DNA of 64,000 nucleotides. It comes from an uncultured Gemmatimonadaceae bacterium (GTDB lineage: Bacteria; Gemmatimonadota; Gemmatimonadetes; Gemmatimonadales; Gemmatimonadaceae). Below are positions 10,938-21,011 of this stretch, piece by piece. The stretch is taken from assembly GCA_963829055.1 (NCBI GenBank), contig CAWHHI010000009.1:108042-172041 (forward strand), written 5' to 3'. The first letter of the stretch is position 1, and every line of letters begins with the position of its first letter. The notes beneath the pieces were generated by a model. It made no database searches. It saw nothing but the letters and a program-made list of their open reading frames with translations, and was not told the DNA's origin. The position numbers were made by a program, and so were the translations under genes.

Positions 10938-12167
10938 TCAATGACGGACCGCCGGACGCTTAGTGGCGCGCCTAACGGCGGTCTCCTTGCGAGCTCGTCC
11001 GTTCTGGCGTGCGTGCTTGGCAGGCTCGACCAGTTTCCAGAACTGCCCCTCGCCAATCACCTTCACGGCGTGGCCGCGCGCGGCCAACCGGCGGATCTCC
11101 ATGAGCTTGAGACCTCCAACCGTGCCGGCGACCTGCAACGCGTTAGGTCTGCCGCGCACCAGCACGTCCGTCGCCGAGCCAGGCTTGGACTGCACGACCG
11201 CGCCCGCCTTCCTCGCGGCGGCGATGGCTTCGCTCCTCGGACGGCTCAGGAATCCCGTGAAGGACACCCGCTTCCCGACCAGGCTTCCGACGCGACCGAG
11301 ATGAAGCTCCGTCGGCCGTTGCCGAAGGGCCGCAATGAGCTCGCCCGCGGCTTCGTAGCGCTTTCCGCGTACGCCAAGGCATCGGTGGATGACTTCCTTG
11401 AGGTGGTCGCTGCACGGCAGGCCGCGCACGTCACGACTGCGCATCGGGCTCGTGATGTCGCCACGCAGCAGCATCGCGGCGATCTGCCCTATCTGATAGA
11501 TGTCGTCGCGCTGCTGCCAGCGGCGGACCTTCCCCCACGCGATCTCCGTCGGCGCATTGAAGACGTTGAACGCGTCAGCGGTGACGCCACGTCGGCTGAG
11601 CTGATGTGTCGCGATACCGAAGTCGCCGAGCTTCAACTGCTCGTCACCGCAGACGAAGACGTTGAACGGCGTGAGGTCGCGGTGCATCGCCTGCCCACGA
11701 TGCACGACGTCGAGCGCGCGCAGGATGGCCGCGATCTCACGGCGCACGAACCGCTCGGACTGCGCGCCCTTGCGAGCGAGCCAGGCGCCGAGGTCCCCGT
11801 GTTCCGCGTATTCCATCGCGAGGCAATACCGCATGCGCGACCCATCGACTTCGGCGAACCGGTCATACACGCGAAGCGCGCGGGATTCTCGGCCGAGCAG
11901 CTCGGCGAAATACGCCTCGCGAAGCCACGCCGTGAGGCGATCGCTGATCTTGATGCAGACCTGCTCGGGGAGGTCGTCGCGCGGTGTGGGCGTGGCGAGA
12001 TACACCTCGCCAAACCCTCCCTTGCCGATCAGCCGGTCGAGTCGGTACGTGCGACCGCTCTCGTAGCTATAGGCTGTCGGGGCCGTCCCCGGGGAGGAAA
12101 GCGCGGCCGGCGCGGCCGCCCCATTGTCCTTGCTGTTCTGCGGAGAAAGTGGGCGGTGCGTTGCCAT
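10938..12167 (-). CDS. Ser/Thr protein kinase with C-terminal BRCT domain
   Basis: Intact ORF. Kinase motifs are GKGGFGEV, VCIK, MHRDLTPFN and GDFGIA. The C-terminus LVGKRVSFTGFLSRPRSEAIAAARKAGAVVQSKPGSATDVLVRG...LKLMEIRRLAARGHAVKVIGEGQFWKLV looks like the LigA-type BRCT fold. Confidence 0.8.
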   Translation of the reverse strand: MATHRPLSPQNSKDNGAAAPAALSSPGTAPTAYSYESGRTYRLDRLIGKGGFGEVYLATPTPRDDLPEQVCIKISDRLTAWLREAYFAELLGRESRALRVYDRFAEVDGSRMRYCLAMEYAEHGDLGAWLARKGAQSERFVRREIAAILRALDVVHRGQAMHRDLTPFNVFVCGDEQLKLGDFGIATHQLSRRGVTADAFNVFNAPTEIAWGKVRRWQQRDDIYQIGQIAAMLLRGDITSPMRSRDVRGLPCSDHLKEVIHRCLGVRGKRYEAAGELIAALRQRPTELHLGRVGSLVGKRVSFTGFLSRPRSEAIAAARKAGAVVQSKPGSATDVLVRGRPNALQVAGTVGGLKLMEIRRLAARGHAVKVIGEGQFWKLVEPAKHARQNGRARKETAVRRATKRPAVRH

Positions 12168-12318
12168 TCGCCATCACGTGAGAGAGCGGGTAATCGACTG
12201 ACGTTACCACGAGCGTCAAGCCGCGACGATGCGCGTTCGTTCCCGAGCGGAGACACTATGATTGGCGCCCGCAGCCTCAGGGCATAAGTTGGCGTAGCGG
12301 CGGCCCAGGGAAGCGCGG

Positions 12319-14982
12319 ATGACGACCGAGCTGCAGGAGCACCTTCAGACGATCCTCGGCGGCGCCTACACACTCGAGCGCGAGCTCGGGGGCGGTGGGA
12401 TGAGCCGCGTTTTCGTCGCCGAGGAGACGGCGCTCGGGCGGCGTGTGGTGATCAAGGTGCTCGCGCCGGAGCTCGCCGAGGGCCTCTCGGCCGAGCGGTT
12501 CAAGCGCGAGGTCCGCCTCGCCGCCCGGCTGCAGCACCCGCACATTGTCCCGCTGCTCGCTGCGGGCGCCCTGCCCGGCGGTGGCCTCTACTATACGATG
12601 CCCTACGTGGAGGGCGAGAGCCTTCGCGCGCGGCTCGGGCGCGACGGGGCGCTACCGCTCGCCGACGCCGTCCGTATCGTGGGGGATGTGGCCGGTGCGC
12701 TCGCCCACGCGCATCGCGCCGGCGTCGTCCACCGCGACGTCAAGCCCGAGAACATCCTCATCGCCGACGGCGGCGCCGTGGTGGCCGACTTCGGCATCGC
12801 CAAGGCAATCCACGAGGCGCGTGCGGCGGCTGGTGGAGACGTGCGGCGCTCGTTGACGCTCACCGCGGAGGGCACGTCGCTGGGCACCCCGACGTACATG
12901 GCCCCCGAGCAGGCCCTCGGCGATCTGGTGGACCACCGCGCCGACCTGTACGCGCTCGGCGCCGTCGCCTACGAACTGCTCGTCGGCCGCGCCCCGTTCG
13001 ACGGGCGCACGGCCCAGCAGCTCTTGGCCGCCCACGCCACCGAGCCGCCGGAGCCGATCGCGCGGCGCCGACCCACCACGCCACCCGCGGTCGCTGCGGT
13101 CGTAATGCGGCTCCTCGAGAAGAACCCGGCCGACCGACCGCAGTCGGCGGAGGAGGTGCTGCGTGCGCTCGAGGGAGTCACTGACGCGCCCCGAGTGACC
13201 GCGGCATCGGACACCGCCCGGCCTCGCGTCCTCCGTGCGGCGGCCTGGGCGCTCGTCGGCGTGGCGGCCACGGCGGGCGCGGTCGCGCTCGGCGCCGTGT
13301 TGGCCGCGCGGCGGGCGCCTCTCCGCGCGGAGTCGGCGCAGCCGATCGTCGCCTCGATCGTGGCGCCACCCGGCCACGAGTTGCGGCCGGAGGCCGGGTT
13401 CGCGCTCTCGCCGGCCGGCAGCCGCCTCGCATTCGTCGCGGCCGACGCGCGCGGCGCGACGGCCATCTGGATCCGTCCGCTCGACAGCCTCACCGCGACG
13501 CGCGTCGAGGGCACCGAGCGCGGGTCGGGCCCCTTCTGGTCTCCCGATGGCGCGTCGTTCGGATTCTTCGCCGGAGGGCAGCTCATGGTCGCCGACCTCC
13601 GCGCCCGCACGCGACGCGCGTTGTGCCCTGCGCCACGGCCAGGCGGCGGCGCGTGGACCGACACCGGCGACATCGTCTACTCTCCCGACGCGATCGGTGC
13701 GACGCTGTTCCGGGTGCCGGCCGCCGGCGGGGCGTGCACGGCGCTCACGCGCTCACGCCCCGGAGACTTCGCCCACCGGCGCCCGTCGGCGCTCCCGGGC
13801 GGGCGGCGCGTCCTCTTCAACATCGCCCGCGCGAACGTCGTGCTCGCGGCCGATCTCACCACCGGGGAGATCAGCGAAGTCCGGCGTCCAGGAACCGACG
13901 GCCAGTTCGCGCGGCCCGACTGGCTGCTCTTCCGCGAGGAGGACGGCGGTCCGCTCTACGCGCAGCGCCTCGACCTCGCGACGCTGCGCACGGTCGGCGA
14001 GCCGGCCGTCGTGCTCGACCGGGTCAGCGGGTTCGCCGCGTTCGCGAGCCACACGGTGACCGAGCACGCACTGGTCACCGTGCCGCCGGCCGCCGCGACG
14101 CAGTCGCTCGTGTCGGTGAACCGGAAGTCGGAGGTTGTGGACTCGCTCGTCGTGCCCGCGAACTCGCTTTCCCAGTTCGGCGCCGGCGGCGTGTTGCACA
14201 GCACGTCCCACGACGGGCGCCGGGTCGCGCTCGGCGGGCTCGGCCTGTGGCTTTACGACCGCGACCGGCGCGTGGCCACGCGGGCTCGCGTGGAGACGAT
14301 GGCCGGGCAGGGGATCCGAGACCCTTCGTGGGGCCCGGGCGACTCACTCATCGCGTACAGCACGGTCTTCCGCGGGCCGCTGATGCTGCGCGTGTATCAC
14401 GCCGCGACCGGCACGTCGGACTCCCTGTTCGCGTCGGGGCGGCGAATCATCCGGTCACCCGACTGGTCGCCGGACGGCCGGCGCATCGCGTTCCAACTCG
14501 CCGCCGGCGATTCCGTGCTGCAGGACGAGATCTGGGTCTACTCCTTCGCCGAGCGGCGTGCGGCCCGCCTCTGGGAGCCCGCCGGGAACCTCGCCGCACC
14601 CCGCTGGTCCCCGGACGGGCGGTGGCTGGCCTACGTGTCGGACGAGAGCGGCACGCTGGAGGTGTACGTGCGGCCGGCGTCCGGCCCGGGCGTGACGGCG
14701 CGTGTCTCGACAGCCGGCGGCGAGGCCCCGCGCTGGCGTGGGGACGGGCGCGAGCTCTACTACCGGGCGCCGGACGGCGCGATCATGGCGGTTGGCGTCC
14801 GGTCCGGGCCCGCACTTACCCTCTCGCCGCCACGCGTCGCGGTCGCAGGTCCGCCATTCAGCCGGTCCGCCCGGGGGTTCGAGGTCAGTCCCGACGGTGA
14901 GCAGTTCGTTGCCTTCGAGCGCGAGGCCCCACCGGTCTTCACGCTCGTCGTCAACTGGGCGGCGCGGCTCACGCCGCCATGA
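12319..14982 (+). CDS. Ser/Thr protein kinase - transmembrane segment - TolB-like (WD40-like) beta-propeller
   Basis: Intact 887-aa ORF with LERELGGGGMSRVFVAEE, HRDVKPENIL, ADFGIAK and GTPTYMAPEQ, then a hydrophobic AAWALVGVAATAGAVALGAVLAA segment. Repeated SPDG../WSPDG motifs are typical of TolB/PD40 propellers. Confidence 0.9.
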   Translation: MTTELQEHLQTILGGAYTLERELGGGGMSRVFVAEETALGRRVVIKVLAPELAEGLSAERFKREVRLAARLQHPHIVPLLAAGALPGGGLYYTMPYVEGESLRARLGRDGALPLADAVRIVGDVAGALAHAHRAGVVHRDVKPENILIADGGAVVADFGIAKAIHEARAAAGGDVRRSLTLTAEGTSLGTPTYMAPEQALGDLVDHRADLYALGAVAYELLVGRAPFDGRTAQQLLAAHATEPPEPIARRRPTTPPAVAAVVMRLLEKNPADRPQSAEEVLRALEGVTDAPRVTAASDTARPRVLRAAAWALVGVAATAGAVALGAVLAARRAPLRAESAQPIVASIVAPPGHELRPEAGFALSPAGSRLAFVAADARGATAIWIRPLDSLTATRVEGTERGSGPFWSPDGASFGFFAGGQLMVADLRARTRRALCPAPRPGGGAWTDTGDIVYSPDAIGATLFRVPAAGGACTALTRSRPGDFAHRRPSALPGGRRVLFNIARANVVLAADLTTGEISEVRRPGTDGQFARPDWLLFREEDGGPLYAQRLDLATLRTVGEPAVVLDRVSGFAAFASHTVTEHALVTVPPAAATQSLVSVNRKSEVVDSLVVPANSLSQFGAGGVLHSTSHDGRRVALGGLGLWLYDRDRRVATRARVETMAGQGIRDPSWGPGDSLIAYSTVFRGPLMLRVYHAATGTSDSLFASGRRIIRSPDWSPDGRRIAFQLAAGDSVLQDEIWVYSFAERRAARLWEPAGNLAAPRWSPDGRWLAYVSDESGTLEVYVRPASGPGVTARVSTAGGEAPRWRGDGRELYYRAPDGAIMAVGVRSGPALTLSPPRVAVAGPPFSRSARGFEVSPDGEQFVAFEREAPPVFTLVVNWAARLTPP

Positions 14983-15187
14983 CTCGCCCGCACGCTGCGC
15001 CACTCGGCGTGCCGTTCCGGCCGCCTCACCCACCGTTTCGAAACGACTTCTAGAGTCGAGAGGACGAGGTCGGTAACTTCGCCGGGCGCTTCCCAATAGC
15101 ACCCCAACCGACGCCATCGAGAACTGGATGACGCCCGTGAGCCGTACGACATTCTCGCCGCACCACCTCGTGCCCGAAGGCCGCGCC

Positions 15188-15545
15188 ATGCTGTCCTGCT
15201 CCTGCCTGATGCCCGACGGGTGGGTGAACGTGCCGCTGCCGGACGAGACGTACGACCTCGACAACCCCGGCGTGTTTCTGCCGTTGCTCGTGTGCATGGC
15301 GCCTTACGGCGCGGTGGTGTTCTCCCTCGGAGCTCGACCCGCATACGCCGACGGATCGGTACAGGACTGGGCGGAGTTTCTGGCCGCCCAGAACGACCTG
15401 CGCATCGAACAGGTCCGGGAGGCGCGCGTCAACCGCATGCCCGGTATCCTCGTCGACGCGACGATGCCGTCCGAGGCCGGTCTGATGCGGTCGCGGAGCG
15501 TCTTTCTCGAGGATGGGCGACGGCTGTTCGAACTCCCAGCGATAC
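15188..15545 (+). CDS. hypothetical protein, 3' end apparently cut off
   Basis: Part of ORF 15128..15952: MLSCSCLMPDGWVNVPLPDETYDLDNPGVF...SRSVFLEDGRRLF, with GC-rich third codon positions. Beyond ~15545 the frame is only the antisense of the LysR gene. Confidence 0.35.
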
Positions 15546-16149
15546 GGCGGCGCGTCGGCGTCGGGTGCCAGTTGAGGCAGTCGTGCTCGGCCAGCTCGCG
15601 CGGGTGCTTCGGCGCGCCGCGCCGCGCGAAGTACGACGGCGCGCCCACGACGGCGAGCCGAAGGTCGCCGGTCACCGGCACGGCGATCATGTCCTTGTCG
15701 ATCACCTCGCCGAGCTGGATCCCTGCGTCGAAGCCCTCCGCCACGATGTCGACCGGCGCGTCGCTCACGACGAGGTCGAGCTGGACGTGCGGGTGCTCCG
15801 CGAGGAAGCCGGTGAGGAACGGCTCGCCAATCATCGTCTGCGCGGCGCTCGACGTGTGCACGCGCAGCGTGCCGCGCGGCTGGTCGCCCAGCTCGCCGAC
15901 GGCGGCGACGGCGGCTCGCACTTCGTCGAGCGCCGGACGCACCGACGCGTAGAGCCGCTCTCCGGCTTCGGTGAGGTGCACGCTCCGCGTCGTCCGCCGC
16001 ACGAGCGGAACGCCGAGCCGCTCCTCGAGCCGGCGCAGCGTCTGACTCACCGCCGAGTGGCTCACGCCGAGCCGCTCGCCCGCCGCGCGGAACCCCTTCG
16101 CCTCCGCCACGGCGACGAAGGTCGCGATCCCATCGAGCTCGTCGGCCAT
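15540..16149 (-). pseudogene. LysR-family transcriptional regulator lacking ~100 C-terminal codons (plus one frame offset ~15575)
   Basis: ORF 15304..16149 has the HTH MADELDGIATFVAVAEAKGFRAAGERLGVSHSAVSQTLRRLEERLGVPLVRRTTRSV and the effector domain up to LNWHPTP. It continues as DAPPYRWEFE in the frame of ORF 15050..16195, after which the similarity ends. Confidence 0.75.
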
Positions 16150-16299
16150 TGGACGGAATACTGACCAGCGTGGACACCAATGGCAAGTAGATCAACCGAG
16201 CCGAGAGCGCTTGATTGAGGCAACGCGCCGGGAATCGCGAGGATCACCGACACCGGCGCGATACGTGACCCGCAACGGGTCTCCCAGCAGGAGAAGTCT

Positions 16300-17194
16300 A
16301 TGCCCGTGACAACACCCGTCCCGTCCATCACGCTGAACAACGGCGTCGAGCTGCCGGCCCTCGGCCTCGGCGTCTTCCAGAGTCCGCCGGAACAGACGAC
16401 CTCCGCCGTCGAGGCGGCCCTCGCGGCCGGCTACCGCCTCATCGACACCGCGGCCGCGTACGCGAACGAGCGCGAGGTCGGCGAAGGCATCCGCCGCTCC
16501 GGCGTTCCTCGCGACGAGGTGTTCATCGAGACGAAAGTCTGGATCAGCGACTACGGCTACGACGCCACGCTGCACGCCTTCGAGAAGAGCGCGCGCAAGC
16601 TCGGCGTCGACCAGCTCGACCTGCTGCTCCTGCATCAGCCGCTGCCGTCGGCGTTCGACCGCACGCTCGACGCCTACCGCGCGCTCGAGAAGCTGCTCGC
16701 CGACGGCAAGGTGCGCGCGATCGGCGTGAGCAACTTCATGCCCGAGCACCTCGACCGCCTGCTGGCCGAGACGTCCGTCGTGCCCGCCGTGAACCAGATC
16801 GAGGTCCATCCGTACTTCCAGCAGACGCGCGCTGCAGCGCGTGCACGCCGAGCACGGCATCGCGACGCAGGCGTGGTCGCCCATCGGCGGGATCACGTCG
16901 TACCGGGGCATGGAGAGGCGCAGCTTCGACGACCCGACGCTGCTCGAGATCGCGCGCCAGCACGGCAAGTCGCCGCGCAGGTGATGCTCCGCTGGCACCT
17001 GCAGGAGGGCCGCTCCGCGATCCCGAAGTCGGTCAGGCCCGAGCGCATCGCCGAGAACTTCGACGTCTTCGACTTCGAGCTCACGCCGCGAGCAGATCGC
17101 CGCGATCGACGCGCTCGACACCGGAGTGCGCGGCGGACCGGAGCCCGACAGCATCACCCTCGAGGCCTACGGCAGGCCGATCCCCGAGGCGTGA
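16300..17194 (+). pseudogene. aldo/keto reductase, 3 frame disruptions (~16828, ~16975, ~17088)
   Basis: ORF 16300..17232 contains LGLGVFQSPPE, GYRLIDTAAAYANE and LDLLLLHQP. Hand-translated alternate frames restore ALQRVHAEHGIATQAWSPIGG...AQVMLRWHLQEGRSAIPKSVRPERIAENF...EQIAAIDALDTGVRGGPEPD. Confidence 0.8.
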
Positions 17195-17287
17195 GTCGAC
17201 CGGGTGACATCGACCACGAGAGACGGCGATGAGCAGGCACATTGCCGGCAAGAGCCTGACCGCAACGCGTTGAAGGGAGATCCGACC

Positions 17288-18444
<1,157 letters not shown>

Positions 18445-18448
<4 letters not shown>

Positions 18449-19077
18449 AGTCGCTCGTCATCGCCGCGACTACCTGCCTCCTGTCCCTGGGCTGCGAGGC
18501 CCAGCCACGCCCCGCGCAGGCGCAGCCGTCGAACAGCGAAGAGAAGGTGTTGATCGTGTATCTATCCCGCACGAACAACACCAAGGCCATCGCCGAGATG
18601 ATTCATGAAAAGGTCGGCGGGACGATGGTCCCGCTCGAATTGGAGACGCCGTATCCGACTGACTACGCGGCGATCGTGCAGCAGGTCGCGCGGGAGAACG
18701 AGACGGGCTACCTGCCGCCGCTGAAGACGAAGATCGACCGGATCGAACAGTACGATATCGTATTTCTCGGCTTTCCGACGTGGGGAATGCGGCTGCCGCC
18801 GCCGGTCAAGAGTTTTCTGCGTCAATACAGTCTGAGTGGGAAGACGGTCATCCCGTTCAACACGAACGCGGGATACGGCGAAGGGAGCAGCTTTCAGGCG
18901 GTGAGGGAACTCTGCCGGCAGTGCACCGTCGTGGACGGATTCGTGACGAGGGGTGGAGTGGAAAGGGACGGACAGTATCTGGTCATCAAAGAAGCAAGGG
19001 CGGAGGGAGCGAAGAAGGAACTCGAGAACTGGTTAAGGAAGATCGGCGTCGTATCCGCGCGATTGCACTCGCCGTGA
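18445..19077 (+). CDS. flavodoxin-like lipoprotein
   Basis: ATG 18445 overlaps the TGA of the preceding gene (ATGA). The lipobox is LLSLGC. KVLIVYLSRTNNTKAIAEMI and DIVFLGFPTWGMRLPPPVKSFL are flavodoxin-fold motifs. Intact. Confidence 0.75.
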
Positions 19078-19147
19078 GCCGGCCCGTCGCCGCCGAGGTG
19101 TAAGCCGCGTTAGGCGCGCTGGGCCGCGGTGAAAGACGGCACGGTGG

Positions 19148-19255
19148 TCACGAGGCGGGGTCGTCGAGCTCGCGCGTCATCTCGATCATCGTGCGGCGGA
19201 AGCCCACCCTCGCGAAGAGCCGCTGCGCGGGGTCGTTCTGCTCGGCCGTCGCGGA
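19148..19255 (-). pseudogene. possible GNAT acetyltransferase C-terminal remnant
   Basis: Hand translation gives SATAEQNDPAQRLFARVGFRRTMIEMTRELDDPAS-stop (the N..A..LY...GF pattern), preceded by an in-frame TAA. Only ~35 codons remain. Confidence 0.3.
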
Positions 19256-19431
19256 TTACAGAGGTGCTCCCAGCGCGCGTGCGGGAGAATAGCCGCCCCC
19301 AAGCTGTATAGTTGGCTTGGCGGATTAGTCGTTAGGGCCGACGACGTTCGGGAATGGAGACGTCTGACCCTCGGTCCTGGTTCCGGCGTCGAGGAGCGCG
19401 ACGGCGGTGGCAAATGTCGTATGCCGAAGAC

Positions 19432-20949
19432 TCACGGCTGGTATCGCTTGTAGATGATCGGGTTCGTCGGAAGCTTGTCGCGGTCAATGATCACGCCGTC
19501 CTTGATCACCATCCGGATCTTCCGGATGTTCTTGATGTCCTGGAGCGGATCCGCGTCGAGCATCACCACGTCGGCGATCTTCCCCCGCTCGATCGTTCCT
19601 AACGAGTCGCCCATGCGATGAGGCAGGGCCTTCGCGCCGTTCTTCGTCGCGGCGACGATCGCCTGCGCCGGCGTCATCCCGAAGTCCACGAGCGATTCGA
19701 TCGACGCCAGCGTGCCGATGCCGGGCTCTCGCGCGCCCCACTGGTTCGGGTCGCGCGAGAACTCGATCGCCTGGGCCACCTGGTTGTCCGTTGCCGTCGT
19801 GATGGGGCAGCTCGTCTTCACGATTTTCTGGGCGTTGGCGCGCATGACGCGCGCGTTCGTGGCGCGGATCGAGTCCTCGATCATCTTCTCGGTCATCTTC
19901 GGCTTCGGCCAGCTGCGAAGCTCCGTGGGCTCCTTGTTCGCCCCCGCACCTCCAGCGCCTCCACCGCCGCTTGTGGCGCTCGCGCGCGCCTGCGCCGCCT
20001 GGTACGCACGCCCATAGTGGTTGTTGCCATGGATCGAGCAGAACGGCTTCTTCTCGTCGAGAAGCTTGAGCACTTCGTCCGTGATCGGCACACCGCCGAC
20101 CTCGGGATGCTGGATGAGGTCGACCCCCGACACGAGCGCGATGTACATGCCTTCCGGCGTCGTCGCATGCGTCTCCGCCATGAGACCGCGCTTGTGCACC
20201 GCGTCCACGATCGCCTTGAACTGACGCTCGCTGAAGACGAGGCCAGGTTCGGTTTGTGAGTGCACCGTCCCGCCGATCTTCACGAAGTCGACGCCCTTGT
20301 CGATGTAGTTGTTGACGATCACGCGCAGCGAGTCGGGACCGAACCACGGCATGAGCTCACCAGCGCCCTGCGTGATCTGGTCGTTGATCCACTCCTCGTA
20401 GTAATTCTCGGGATCGCGGCCGCGGAACGTCTTCGAGAACGTGCCGCCCCAGCCGATGATGTTGCCCGCGACGTACATGCGGGCGCCGACGGCCTTGCCG
20501 CTCTTGATCGCGTCGCGCGCGGCGAGCAGCGGCATCATCGTGCCGTACGAGTCACGTATCGACGTGACGCCGTACTTGAGGTGCATCTGCGCCCCTTCGA
20601 TCGCGATGTCCGTGAGCTTCTCCCAGTACCGCGCGTACTCGGCGGCGCTCGTGGGCATGCCGTTGTGCACGTTCGTGTCGACAAACCCGGGCGTCGCGAA
20701 CTTGCCTGTGCCGTCCACCTTCTGCGCGCAGTCGGGAACCTTCACGTCGGCGCGTTTGCCCACCTGCTCGAACTTGCCGTTGCGCACCAGGACGGTGCCG
20801 TCCGCGAGTGGCGCGCCACCGTTGCCGTCGATGACGGTGACACCGATGATCGCGATGGCGCACGGCTGCGGCGGGTTCTGCGCAGCGGCCTCTGACAGGG
20901 CCACGGCAACGAAGGCAAGGGATGTCACGACCGGTCGAAGGTGAAGCAT
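19432..20949 (-). CDS. secreted amidohydrolase-family protein (COG1228-like)
   Basis: ORF 19432..21144. The likely start is MLHLRPVVTSLAFVAVALSEAAAQ at 20949. It has IIGVTVIDGNGG, TPGFVDTNVH and GKIADVVMLDADPL. Intact. Confidence 0.85.
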   Translation of the reverse strand: MLHLRPVVTSLAFVAVALSEAAAQNPPQPCAIAIIGVTVIDGNGGAPLADGTVLVRNGKFEQVGKRADVKVPDCAQKVDGTGKFATPGFVDTNVHNGMPTSAAEYARYWEKLTDIAIEGAQMHLKYGVTSIRDSYGTMMPLLAARDAIKSGKAVGARMYVAGNIIGWGGTFSKTFRGRDPENYYEEWINDQITQGAGELMPWFGPDSLRVIVNNYIDKGVDFVKIGGTVHSQTEPGLVFSERQFKAIVDAVHKRGLMAETHATTPEGMYIALVSGVDLIQHPEVGGVPITDEVLKLLDEKKPFCSIHGNNHYGRAYQAAQARASATSGGGGAGGAGANKEPTELRSWPKPKMTEKMIEDSIRATNARVMRANAQKIVKTSCPITTATDNQVAQAIEFSRDPNQWGAREPGIGTLASIESLVDFGMTPAQAIVAATKNGAKALPHRMGDSLGTIERGKIADVVMLDADPLQDIKNIRKIRMVIKDGVIIDRDKLPTNPIIYKRYQP

Positions 20950-21011
20950 GAGTGAACCTCTCGTTGGTGATACAGGCGGGATGCACCGAACCTGCCTAAC
21001 GACGACGATGG

